Shown: positions 34,813-43,811 of the stretch, one piece after another | Numbering within the stretch: position 1 is the stretch's first letter | Layout: every line of letters starts with the position of its first letter | Assembly (NCBI GenBank): GCA_959601495.1 | Contig: CAUGPT010000004.1 | Location: 23,964-87,963 of the forward strand | Length of the DNA stretch: 64,000 nt | Direction of reading: 5' to 3' | DNA from: an uncultured Eubacteriales bacterium | GTDB lineage: Bacteria > Bacillota > Clostridia > Oscillospirales > CAG-272 | Notes under the pieces: model-generated | Seen by the model: only the letters and a program-made list of their open reading frames with translations | What the model was told of the DNA's origin: nothing | Database searches by the model: none | Translations under genes and position numbers: made by a program

Positions 34813-34842
34813 AGGGCTGACATATAGTCAGCCTTTTATTTT
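34813..34842 (+). terminator. Rho-independent terminator ending the glycan locus
   Basis: ggctgac-atata-gtcagcc followed by ttttatttttg. Confidence 0.85.
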
Positions 34843-35014
34843 TGCCGTACTTATCCTGCCGCGCGGCGGGCGTGTATTCATAACGGCGGACAGATACCGT
34901 GCGCGGGCGCCTGCGGCGGCGCCCGTCGGCATCTGATCTATCGCGCGGCGCAGCGGCAGACACATATCAGAGAGCGGTCAGACGTCTACCGGGAGCGGTG
35001 CGTTTGCGCATTAC

Positions 35015-35051
35015 GGGAAAAATACCCGTGCGGGGCATCCCGCACGGGTAT
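35015..35051 (-). terminator. Rho-independent terminator for the flotillin operon
   Basis: 13-bp stem atacccgtgcggg / cccgcacgggtat with loop gcat. A T-run follows on the minus strand. Confidence 0.8.
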
Positions 35052-35060
35052 TTGCTGTAT

Positions 35061-36470
35061 TTATGCTTCGGCGTCCGCTGCGGCGTCTGCCTTTGCCGAC
35101 GTGTCGGCGGTGTCTGTTTTCTTGCCGAGTATTTCGGGAAGCTGCATACCTGCCATGGAGAATACCTCTTCAAGAGGAGGGACGGATTTCATCATGCCCG
35201 AGAGAAAGTTCGCGGTGGCGTTCTTGCCGTCCGCACCCTGACCGTTATCCCAGACGGTGACCTTGTCGATCTTGATGTTCTTGATAGCGTCTACCTGAAC
35301 CCTCATAAGATCTTCAAGCTTATCCGCAATCAGCAGCTTCAGCGCGGCTTCCGCGTCTCCGCCGGCGCTCTTGACTATCTCCGCAAAACCTGCGGCCTGC
35401 TTTTTCAGAATTTCCTCAGCGCCGCGCGCTTCGGCAGCCATCTTTGCGTATATTGCGTCCGCTTCACCCTGTGCCTTGCGGCGGGTCTGCTCTGCCTCTG
35501 CCTCGGCTTCAAGCTCCATCTGGCGCTTCTTTGCCTCGGTGCGCACGATTATGTCGGCTTCAAGCGTTGCCTGCTCCTTGGAGCGGCGGGCTTCCTCAGC
35601 CTCGCGCTCTGCGGCGTACGACTCCTCCAGCGCCTTTGCTGCCTGTATCTTTTCGGCGGCGGTGGATATGCGCATTGCCTCCGCTTCCTTTTCCTTAAGG
35701 GCAGCGTCGGACATAGCGACCTTCATTTTTGCTTCGTTTTCACCCTGGATAGCTACGGAGTCCGCCTCGGATACCTTGATACGCTGATCCATCTGGGCGT
35801 TTGCCTCACCGATAGAACCGTCGCGTTCCTTTTCGGCAACGCTGCGCTTTGCGTCGTTGATAGCTTTTGCTGCAGCCTCTTTACCGAGAGCCGCGATATA
35901 TCCGGATTCGTCGCTTATATCCGTAACGTTTACGTTTATAAGCCTGAGACCTATCTTTTTAAGCTCGGTCTCAACGTTGTTGCTGACAGCCGCAAGGAAT
36001 TTGTCGCGGTCGGTGTTGATCTCCTCAATATCCATTGTCGCAATGATAAGACGGAGCTGACCGAAGATAATATCCTTTGAAAGCTCCTGTATCTCGGAAA
36101 GCTTCAGCCCGAGAAGACGCTCTGCCGCGTTCTGCATAACTCCGGGCTCCGTGGAGATACCTACGGTAAAGCGGGAGGGAACATCTATACGGATGTTCTG
36201 GCGGGACAGTGCGCTTTTCAGGTCGACCTGAATGGATATGGGGGTCAGATCGAGAAATTCGTAGGACTGGAACACGGGGATAACGAACGAAGCGCCGCCG
36301 TGGATACATTTAGCGCTGCGCGCCGAGCCGTCCTTGTTTTTACCTACGGAACCGTAGATGACCATGATCTTGTCCGAGGGGCATTTTTTGTAGCGCGAGC
36401 ATATCCACATGATAAACGAGAACGCCACAAGTGCCAGGACGCTGATGAGAATGATGGTTTGAGAAGACAT
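35061..36470 (-). CDS. floT: Flotillin-like SPFH/band-7 protein (FloT/YuaG-like)
   Basis: N-terminal TM, SPFH domain, and a long Ala/Glu-rich coiled-coil flotillin region (EAEAMRISTAAEKIQAAKALEE...). 469 aa. Confidence 0.85.
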   Translation of the reverse strand: MSSQTIILISVLALVAFSFIMWICSRYKKCPSDKIMVIYGSVGKNKDGSARSAKCIHGGASFVIPVFQSYEFLDLTPISIQVDLKSALSRQNIRIDVPSRFTVGISTEPGVMQNAAERLLGLKLSEIQELSKDIIFGQLRLIIATMDIEEINTDRDKFLAAVSNNVETELKKIGLRLINVNVTDISDESGYIAALGKEAAAKAINDAKRSVAEKERDGSIGEANAQMDQRIKVSEADSVAIQGENEAKMKVAMSDAALKEKEAEAMRISTAAEKIQAAKALEESYAAEREAEEARRSKEQATLEADIIVRTEAKKRQMELEAEAEAEQTRRKAQGEADAIYAKMAAEARGAEEILKKQAAGFAEIVKSAGGDAEAALKLLIADKLEDLMRVQVDAIKNIKIDKVTVWDNGQGADGKNATANFLSGMMKSVPPLEEVFSMAGMQLPEILGKKTDTADTSAKADAAADAEA

Positions 36471-36502
36471 TTGTTTTCCTCCTGTAAAAATGTATGTCTA
36501 AG

Positions 36503-37309
36503 CTACTTTTTCTTAATGATAAGTGTATCTTTTGAGCTTATGCCGATGACGATGACCTCGCAGCCGGTAGAGAGCGGAGCGTCGGAATCGGTGACGGCGT
36601 CAAACTCCGAGTATGTGCCCTGAACGGTCACATTTACTTTTCCGCGGCCGCTGCGGTTTGCGGGGACGGTAAGATATACCGTGCCGCTTTGTCCCAGCGC
36701 GTTGCGGATGTCTATGGTGCCGTCACTTTGCAGCCGCATTGCGGCGCGGATGAGAAACGCTATGAGAAGCATTACGGCAAAGCCCGAGACAAATGCGACG
36801 GAGAGGGATATAATGTGGTCAAGTCCCGCCGCGTCAAGCACAACGCCTACCCAGCCGAACACCGCGAAGAAGGATATGACCGTGCGGAATGTGAATATTC
36901 GCAGCCCGTACGAGCCTGTGGGATCGTGATCTCCTCCCGCTTCGTTTCCTCCGTATATGCCGTCGCCGTGAACGTCGCCGATGTCGTGATCAAACCCGCA
37001 GTCGTGACCGCCGATGTCGTGGTCGAATTCCACGTCATGACCGCCGATATCGTGATCGAATCCCACGTCGTGACCGCCTATGTCGTGATCGAATCCCACG
37101 TCATGACCGCTGATATCGTGGTCAAAGCCGCAGTCATGGTCTCCGATGTCGTGATCTCCGCCGACGTCGCTGTCTCCGCCGTGATCGCCCATGCCGATAA
37201 ACGACAGTATCGTCTGTATCAGCAGAATGATCGTTGCGGGAACGGCAATGCAGCACAGGACCTGTGAAAACAGGCTCATAGAGTCCCACCAGTTTGCCAA
37301 TTGTAACAC
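36503..37309 (-). CDS. NfeD-family membrane protein (YuaF-like flotillin partner) with a His/Asp-rich repeat insertion
   Basis: TM helices flank an insert of ~6 x DHDIGGHDVGF. C-terminal NfeD OB-fold domain (VNVTVQGTYSEFDAVTDSD...GCEVIVIGISS). Directly upstream of floT. Confidence 0.75.
   Translation of the reverse strand: MLQLANWWDSMSLFSQVLCCIAVPATIILLIQTILSFIGMGDHGGDSDVGGDHDIGDHDCGFDHDISGHDVGFDHDIGGHDVGFDHDIGGHDVEFDHDIGGHDCGFDHDIGDVHGDGIYGGNEAGGDHDPTGSYGLRIFTFRTVISFFAVFGWVGVVLDAAGLDHIISLSVAFVSGFAVMLLIAFLIRAAMRLQSDGTIDIRNALGQSGTVYLTVPANRSGRGKVNVTVQGTYSEFDAVTDSDAPLSTGCEVIVIGISSKDTLIIKKK
36950..37190. repeat. 33-bp coding tandem repeat in nfeD (11-aa unit DHDIGGHDVGF, ~6 copies)
   Basis: Repeated ...tcgtgatcgaatcccacgtcatgaccgcc... 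units are visible on the plus strand. Confidence 0.8.
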
Positions 37310-37479
37310 CTCCGATAGTATTATCAGTTCAGTCGAAAATTATAGATTTGTGAAAGTACGAGCCGCGGCGCAAGACTAAGCGTCTGCGGAAAAAACCTGA
37401 AGACAAGCGCCCGAGCGCGGGGTTATTGTACCGGCGAAAGGCTTGTGCAAAGGAAAGCGCCGCGCGGCCGTCACACCCT

Positions 37480-38049
37480 TTATATATCAAGCGCCGAGGC
37501 AAGCTCAAGCGCGCGCCGCCGCGCTTCCGACGCCATGTGCGCGTATGCCATGACCCGAAAAACTTCGTACAGCCGCTTTGCGTCGCCGCTTGTCTGCACT
37601 CCTGCTTCACCGAAGCCTGTGCAGCCCTCGGCTGCCGCTTTGTCTACCGCGGAAGCGTCAAGGCTTTCGCAGCTTTCAAGAGTCGCCGCGGTGTCTACGT
37701 ATCTGTGATAAAGCTCGTCGTCCGGTATAAGATCGTCGCTTTCGTCGCTGAGAGAGCCGTTTATATAAGAGAGCAGGGCGGTTATGTGCTCTATCTGCAG
37801 TGTCTGCCGCAGCATATTTATGATAACTATACGCGCAAACTGCCTTGCAGAATACACCCTGCGCTGCGGAGGGGAGACAAATCCGCGCTTCACCCAGTTC
37901 TGTATGACGTACGGCTCAAGACCCGTCATGGATGACACCTGCGAAAGTGCGATGCCGCCGCCGGCAAATATGCCCGCAAACAGCGTGCGCGACGCTCCGA
38001 CTTCGAGCTTTGATGTTTCAATTACCGTGCCCGGAAAGCATGCCGACAT
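37480..38049 (-). CDS. DUF1836-like protein (possible DNA-binding)
   Basis: Conserved stretch LEPYVIQNWVKRGFVSPPQRRVYSARQFARIVIINMLRQTLQIEHI matches my memory of the DUF1836 core. 189 aa. Confidence 0.5.
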   Translation of the reverse strand: MSACFPGTVIETSKLEVGASRTLFAGIFAGGGIALSQVSSMTGLEPYVIQNWVKRGFVSPPQRRVYSARQFARIVIINMLRQTLQIEHITALLSYINGSLSDESDDLIPDDELYHRYVDTAATLESCESLDASAVDKAAAEGCTGFGEAGVQTSGDAKRLYEVFRVMAYAHMASEARRRALELASALDI

Positions 38050-38166
38050 ATTGCACCTCCTTTATGAGTTTACTTGATTGTATCACATGGTCACGTGATT
38101 GTCAAGAGGGGCGGCAAATATTTTTCAAATTTTGTTCGGTAAATTTATCCTTGCGGGGCGAATATG

Positions 38167-38203
38167 AAAAAACCGCATTTTTGCAAAGGCAAAAACGCGG
38201 TTT
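38167..38203 (-). terminator. Rho-independent terminator downstream of nif3 (minus strand)
   Basis: aaccgcatttttgc-aaagg-caaaaacgcggtt. The minus strand then reads ttttttcatatt. Confidence 0.7.
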
Positions 38204-38218
38204 CGATGCTTTTTAAAA

Positions 38219-38980
38219 TCAGAAATACTGTTCCATGATCTTCGTATAGATCTCTGTCTCGGCTCCCGCTATCTGCGAGGCGAGTCTTGCGAGCTGGCGG
38301 CAGACGGGGAACTCCGTATAGTAGTGTCCCGCGCAGAAAACGTTGATGCCCGCTTCGGCAGCGTCGATGCCGTCGTTATATCCGGCTTCTCCCGTCACCA
38401 AAGTGTCTGCGCCGCGTGCTTTGGCGGCGCTTATAAAATCGTCGCCGCGCCCGCCTACGACTGCTATCTTTCGAACGGGACGGCAGATATAAGCGGTGAC
38501 CGTCGGCGCGCCGAGGCTCTTCTTTATATGCTCGGCAAAATCTTTTGCGTCATGTATGTCACTTTCTCCCATTCGCCCGAGTTCAGGCTCCTCGTCCGTG
38601 CCGAATACGCGCACATCGGAAAGCCCGAGCGCTTCCGCAAGCGCGTCGTTGACGCCGCCGGCGCCCGCGTCCATGCGGGTGTGCATGGAGATGACTGAAA
38701 GACCGTTTTTTACAGCGTATATGACCCGATCGGAGCAGAAATCTCCTTCGGCAACGCTTCTGAGCGGGCGAAATATCATGGGATGATGGGCGAGCACCGT
38801 GTCAAAGCCGTTCTGTGCCGCATAGTGCAGCACATCGGCTGTGGCGTCAAGTGCGCACAAAACGCGCTTTACCTGTGCGCCCCGGTCGGCGCAGCACATA
38901 AGCCCGTCGTTATCCCACTCGCAGCGCAGACTGTCGGGATAAAGCTCTCTGAGGTTGTTCCAAAAGCTTTCTATGTTCAT
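38219..38980 (-). CDS. Nif3-like dinuclear metal center protein (YqfO family)
   Basis: Start MNIESFWNNL (RBS aaaaggagaaaagc). Conserved His clusters (LAHHP..., AGHY.TE). Paired with trmK, as in Bacillus yqfN-yqfO. Confidence 0.8.
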   Translation of the reverse strand: MNIESFWNNLRELYPDSLRCEWDNDGLMCCADRGAQVKRVLCALDATADVLHYAAQNGFDTVLAHHPMIFRPLRSVAEGDFCSDRVIYAVKNGLSVISMHTRMDAGAGGVNDALAEALGLSDVRVFGTDEEPELGRMGESDIHDAKDFAEHIKKSLGAPTVTAYICRPVRKIAVVGGRGDDFISAAKARGADTLVTGEAGYNDGIDAAEAGINVFCAGHYYTEFPVCRQLARLASQIAGAETEIYTKIMEQYF

Positions 38981-39087
38981 GCTTTTCTCCTTTTCGGTGC
39001 TTTGCGTCCGCTTATGGCGGCACGCGGCAAAGTCGCTGTCATGTGCGAAGTATCCTGTCAAACGGCTTGCGCCGCAGGCGTATTCAT

Positions 39088-39816
39088 TTATTCCTGTGCT
39101 GTGCCGATCGCGCCGCGCTGTATTTCATAAAGCTCGCGCAGCATCTGCTCGTCCGCATCGCAAGACTCGCCTCCGCGCCGCTTACCCGCCATTGCTTTTT
39201 CCAAACGGCGTATTTCCTTATCAACAAGCGCGCCGTAAAGGGGGGAGCGGCGTATAGCTTCGCCCTCGGTGCCGACTGTTGCCTCCGCCGCGGAGATTTC
39301 ATAAGGCTTTTTGCAAAAACGGCACACAATGCACTGGTAAAGCTTTCCCGCGGCCTGCGCCGTGCCTCCGTCAGTTATTTCAAACCCGTTTTTTGCGAGA
39401 TACTGTCTCAGCTCCGCAACGGCGGACATGGGCTGAAGTATAAGGCGGGGGCTGTGCCCGCTTTCCGCGTTTTTCAGCCTGGGATCGTCGATAATTCGCG
39501 CAATAAGCTCGCCGCCCATGCCGCATATTACAATATCGGTAACGTCCGTGAGCGGCACGCCGCAAAGACCGTCGGTGAGATAGAAGTCGATGCTGTCGCC
39601 GAGAGAGTATGCCTCGGCGTTTATTCGCGCCCTTTCAAGCGGACCTTCGTTTATATCGGTGGCTGCGGCACTGCGTACTTTTCCGCTTTTCAGAAGATAT
39701 ATGGGCAGATATGCGTGATCCGTTCCCACATCAACAACGCGGCTGCCTTTTACAAATGAGGCTGCCAGCGCAAGGCGTGCGTCAAGCGGGGGGAGCTTTT
39801 GTATATTTGTGTTCAT
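39088..39816 (-). CDS. trmK: tRNA (adenine22-N1)-methyltransferase TrmK
   Basis: VVDVGTDHAYLPIYL...ATDINEGPL...DIVICGMGGELI, i.e. SAM-MTase motifs in the TrmK arrangement. Confidence 0.8.
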   Translation of the reverse strand: MNTNIQKLPPLDARLALAASFVKGSRVVDVGTDHAYLPIYLLKSGKVRSAAATDINEGPLERARINAEAYSLGDSIDFYLTDGLCGVPLTDVTDIVICGMGGELIARIIDDPRLKNAESGHSPRLILQPMSAVAELRQYLAKNGFEITDGGTAQAAGKLYQCIVCRFCKKPYEISAAEATVGTEGEAIRRSPLYGALVDKEIRRLEKAMAGKRRGGESCDADEQMLRELYEIQRGAIGTAQE

Positions 39817-39877
39817 GTTTTTTATTCAAGATAAAGAATTGCCGCCGCATATGCGGCGGCAATTCTTGTCGGCATTC

Positions 39878-40087
39878 TTATTTTCCCGCTTTTTCCGCGA
39901 GAAAAGCGTTGATCTTTTCGCAAAGCTCGTCGGCGTCGGTCCCGTGGACCTCGCAGGCATCCTCAATGCTTTCGCCTCTGGAGTGGGGGCAGCCCAGGCA
40001 GTGCATTCCTATCTCAAAGAAGAACTGCGCGGTTTCAATATCGTAGTCAAGTATATCGCCGATAACGGTTTCTCTTGTAACTTCCAT
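39878..40087 (-). CDS. DUF1858 domain protein (hybrid-cluster-protein-associated redox disulfide protein family)
   Basis: 69 aa. TVIGDILDYDIETAQFFFEIGMHCLGCPHSRGESIEDACEVHG, with a CxxC motif. Confidence 0.6.
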   Translation of the reverse strand: MEVTRETVIGDILDYDIETAQFFFEIGMHCLGCPHSRGESIEDACEVHGTDADELCEKINAFLAEKAGK

Positions 40088-40104
40088 GTTTTTGTACCTC
40101 TCTT

Positions 40105-41403
40105 TTAGTTTGCTTTTTTTATTATCACGTCCTCGGGGTCGGGGACGGTGATTTTCTTGATATCGGCGCCCAGGGAGCGAAGCTTGCCTACGATGTCGTC
40201 GTATCCGCGCTCTATGAGCTGTATGTCGGCAATTTCGGTCGTGCCCTCAGCGATAAGACCTGCTATTACCATAGAAACGCCGCCGCGAAGGTCCGTTGCA
40301 AGGACCTCTGCGCCGTGCAGGGGTCTGCCGCCCTCGATAACAGCCGTTCTGCCGTCTACCTTTATAACGGCGCCCATTTTTGTCAGCTCCTCAACGTATC
40401 TGAAGCGCTTTTCGTAAACGCCCTCGGAAACGTAGCTGACGCCTCCCGCACGGCAAAGCAGCACTGCCATCTGAGGCTGCATATCCGTGGGAAAACCGGG
40501 GTAGGGATGTGTCTTTATATTTGCTTTGCGTATCTGCTCGCGGCCCGTTACTATAACGGCGTCGTCGAATTCGTCAACGACCGCGCCCGTCTCCTCAAGC
40601 TTTGCGGAGATTGATTCAAGGTGTTTGGGGATAACGTTTGTAAGCTTTACGCAGCCGCCCGTCGCGGCAGCAGCAACCATGTAGGTGCCAGCCTCTATCA
40701 TATCGGGGATGATAGCGTACGTACAGCCGTGCAGACGGTTAACGCCCTTTATCTTTATAACGTCCGTGCCCGCGCCGCTTATCTTCGCGCCGCAGGTATT
40801 GAGAAAGTTCGCAAGGTCAACTATGTGCGGCTCTCTTGCCGCGTTTTCGATAACAGTAACGCCGTCTGCAAGGACTGCGGCGAGCATGACGTTTATGGTA
40901 GCGCCGACGGTCACAACGTCAAAGAAGATGCTTGCGCCGACGGGACCGCCCTCGGAGTTTATCTCTATGCTGCCCGTGCTGTCGCTCGTGACCGTGCCGC
41001 CGAGACATTCAAAGCCCTTGACGTGCTGGTCTATGGGTCTGCCGCCGAAATCGCAGCCGCCGGGATACGCCACTTTCGCGTTACCGAAACGACCGAACTC
41101 GGAGCCGAGCAGATAATACGAGCCGCGTATCTTGCGGGCAAGATCGGGGCGTGCGGAGCCCTGGCGAATATCGGTGCAGTCTATTTCAACGGTGTTTCTG
41201 CCGAGAGTTTTGATGTGGGCGCCCATGTTGCGGAGGATATCAAGGGAAAGGGAAACGTCGCGGACATTGGGCACGTTTTCGATAACGCACTTGTCCTCAA
41301 CCATGACGCAGGCATAAATTATGGGCATAGCGGCGTTTTTCATACCGCTTATCTCCACGCTGCCGCGCAGTGGCGTACCTCCGTTTATGATTATTTTATC
41401 CAT
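40105..41403 (-). CDS. murA: UDP-N-acetylglucosamine 1-carboxyvinyltransferase
   Basis: Start MDKIIINGGTPLRGSVEISGMKNAAMPI (RBS gaaagga). EPSP-synthase fold with the active-site Cys region. The longer ORF to 41547 has no RBS. Confidence 0.9.
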   Translation of the reverse strand: MDKIIINGGTPLRGSVEISGMKNAAMPIIYACVMVEDKCVIENVPNVRDVSLSLDILRNMGAHIKTLGRNTVEIDCTDIRQGSARPDLARKIRGSYYLLGSEFGRFGNAKVAYPGGCDFGGRPIDQHVKGFECLGGTVTSDSTGSIEINSEGGPVGASIFFDVVTVGATINVMLAAVLADGVTVIENAAREPHIVDLANFLNTCGAKISGAGTDVIKIKGVNRLHGCTYAIIPDMIEAGTYMVAAAATGGCVKLTNVIPKHLESISAKLEETGAVVDEFDDAVIVTGREQIRKANIKTHPYPGFPTDMQPQMAVLLCRAGGVSYVSEGVYEKRFRYVEELTKMGAVIKVDGRTAVIEGGRPLHGAEVLATDLRGGVSMVIAGLIAEGTTEIADIQLIERGYDDIVGKLRSLGADIKKITVPDPEDVIIKKAN

Positions 41404-41722
41404 ATGATAATAGTTCCTTTCATGCGGACGAATCCGTAAATAGGCAGCTTGCGCTTCTGCCTTGCCGCGGGGCGGCATATACAATATATAGAGCCGCAAG
41501 TGCGGCATACAGGCAAATTTATGTGAGTACATTCGTACACATTCCACACTATTATAACAGATTGGTTCATAAAAAGGAAGTATTTTTTCCTCTTTTTTAT
41601 ATTATTCGCGTATTGTTGTGCAAAATGTATTATAGTCTTAGTAACGAATTGTATAAATTATGTAAAACAGTCCTGTATTTATATACTACAGTATATATTG
41701 TATTCCCGCAGGGGCGGGAGTG

Positions 41723-42805
41723 TCAGTCCATGTAGTAAGAAACCGCCAGATTTACCACCATATCGTAGCTGACGACGCCCGCGGTGCCCTGACTTTCAAG
41801 ATAGGAATTATTGAGCGAGTCGGAAATATCCGCGGCTTTGTTCTCTCTGTATTTGTCGAAAAAGCTGCTGTATGAGCGCATTTCTCCGCGGGCTGCGGCG
41901 CAAAGGGTCGAGTACGCGTTGAAATACATTTCGGGCGAGGCTTTGTAAAGCGCGCCCGCCAGATACTCGTACATATTAAGAGCGCCGCAGTAGCGCACAT
42001 ACGCGTTGTCGGAAGCTCTGCACACGAGAAAAGCCGCAAAGTTTGCTTCGTCCTCGCGGGAGATGCCGCGCTGGTGCGCCATTTCGTGGGCGGCGGTATA
42101 AACGGTCACATAGTCGGGATAGTTTGTGTTGATGTTCGCGTCTCCCGTGAAAAATCCGTATATGCCCGAAAGATGAGTGTATGTCATGTATTTGCTTATG
42201 ACAAGAGGCTTTGCGTACGTGTCATAGCGGTCTATAAAGTCGTACTCGCCGCATACGGTGTCATATGAGCGGCAGAGGATATCTGACATTTCACGAAATC
42301 CGAAGGGCATTTTCGTTGAGCCGTCAGCGGGAAAATTGACGTCTTTTGCCGCTTCGTTTACTTCTTCTCCGATCAAAAGCGCTGTTTTGTAAAGCTCCTC
42401 GACGCTTACGTCCCGCTCGGAAAGCGACATTTTCGACGCCATTGACGTGCCGCGGTATCCCGGCGCGAAATCAACGGCGAACAGAGTATATACAAGCGCT
42501 GCTGTGGCAAGCACGCAGGATACGCATCTTATTGCGTGCCTCCCGCCGCGAGAGACGCTTTTTGCAACTATCATGCAAAGCCCGAACAAAAGAACGGGAG
42601 AGGCAAACAGCATAAATTCCATAACGGAAAAAGGGAAAATGCCGCTTATTTTCGCAAGCGCAAAGCGAACCGCGCGTCCGACGCTTACGTTGAATGCGTC
42701 GGCAAAAGCGGCGCTTTTATAGAAAATGATATGACATATGCCCGCCGCGGCGAAAAGCGCAAACGATACAACGGCATACAGCGGCACGGGGCGCAGCTTT
42801 TTCAT
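41723..42805 (-). CDS. DUF3810-like membrane protein with an HEMAH zincin-like motif
   Basis: Start MKKLRPVPLY (RBS ggaaaggaaaag). N-terminal TM helices. C-terminal TAAHEMAHQRG. Confidence 0.55.
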   Translation of the reverse strand: MKKLRPVPLYAVVSFALFAAAGICHIIFYKSAAFADAFNVSVGRAVRFALAKISGIFPFSVMEFMLFASPVLLFGLCMIVAKSVSRGGRHAIRCVSCVLATAALVYTLFAVDFAPGYRGTSMASKMSLSERDVSVEELYKTALLIGEEVNEAAKDVNFPADGSTKMPFGFREMSDILCRSYDTVCGEYDFIDRYDTYAKPLVISKYMTYTHLSGIYGFFTGDANINTNYPDYVTVYTAAHEMAHQRGISREDEANFAAFLVCRASDNAYVRYCGALNMYEYLAGALYKASPEMYFNAYSTLCAAARGEMRSYSSFFDKYRENKAADISDSLNNSYLESQGTAGVVSYDMVVNLAVSYYMD

Positions 42806-42824
42806 GTGTCTTTTCCTTTCCTTT

Positions 42825-43811
42825 TTATCTTTTATCAGAAGCACGGCTTTTCAGAGTGAGAAGATATTTTTCGGCATCCTCCGTACTGCCGCCGAAGGCG
42901 GACAGCACTTTGTCAAAGTCCGGCATAAGCGATCTTATATCCTCGGGAGGCGGGGCGAAAAGGTGTATCCTTTCTTTTGACTCGGGATGGGGAAACGAAA
43001 GGTACGCGGCGTGCAGCGCCTGTCTGCCCGGCTCGCCGCACGGACTGCCGTAAAGACTGTCGCCGCACAGCGGACAGCCGAGAGCGGCAAAGTGCACTCT
43101 GAGCTGGTGCGTTCTGCCCGTTACGGGGGAAGCGAGAACGGCGCATCTGCCGCTTTCGGGGTCGGCATAAAGCACTTTATAGTATGTCAGCGCGCTTTTC
43201 GCACCCAAGTCATCGATGGTGCAGGTGCGCCTTTTTATAATGCTGTCGTCGCAGCGCCTGAGCGGGATATCTATTGTACCCTCGGCTTCCTTCGGCGCGC
43301 TTGTCAGAACGGCTATATACATTTTCACTATCTCTCCGCTTATCATGGAACGGTAGAGAAGGGATGCCGCAAGGCGGGAGTTCGCCGTGAGCATTATTCC
43401 GCTCGTGTCGCTGTCAAGGCGGTTCACGGGGCGAAACACATACGGCGCACCGCTGTATCTGAAGCTGAGGGCGTTTGCCACGGTGTCAAGTCTGTGGCCG
43501 AATGACGGGTGCGCGGGCATAAACGGAGGCTTGTTCACCGCCGTTATGTGATCGTCCTCGAACAGCACGGGCAGCTCAAGGTCGACTGGTATCATATAAG
43601 GGCAGGTATCCTCTTCGCGGTCCTCTGTCTTAAGAGACAGGATATCGCCGAATTTCAGCACATATCTTACGGTTACAAATTTCGAATTTACGGTTATGCC
43701 GCCCTCGGTGAATTTCAGCTTTTTCAGCATGCCGGAGGAATATCCCATGTCGCCGCGCAAAAGCTCGCGGATGGTTTTTCCCGCTTCTTTTTCTGTGATT
43801 TCAATTGTCAT
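42825..43811 (-). CDS. RluA-family pseudouridine synthase (S4 domain + catalytic domain)
   Basis: VNKPPFMPAHPS, the RluA motif HQLRVHFAALGCPLCGD, and an N-terminal S4-like domain. Confidence 0.8.
   Translation of the reverse strand: MTIEITEKEAGKTIRELLRGDMGYSSGMLKKLKFTEGGITVNSKFVTVRYVLKFGDILSLKTEDREEDTCPYMIPVDLELPVLFEDDHITAVNKPPFMPAHPSFGHRLDTVANALSFRYSGAPYVFRPVNRLDSDTSGIMLTANSRLAASLLYRSMISGEIVKMYIAVLTSAPKEAEGTIDIPLRRCDDSIIKRRTCTIDDLGAKSALTYYKVLYADPESGRCAVLASPVTGRTHQLRVHFAALGCPLCGDSLYGSPCGEPGRQALHAAYLSFPHPESKERIHLFAPPPEDIRSLMPDFDKVLSAFGGSTEDAEKYLLTLKSRASDKR

Noticed and set aside
35371-36080. Plus-strand ORFs (393 aa from 34899, 138 aa, 84 aa) overlapping the flotillin gene
   Set aside because: Antisense of floT. 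The Ala/Ser/Arg-rich reading reflects the coiled-coil codon bias of the flotillin gene.
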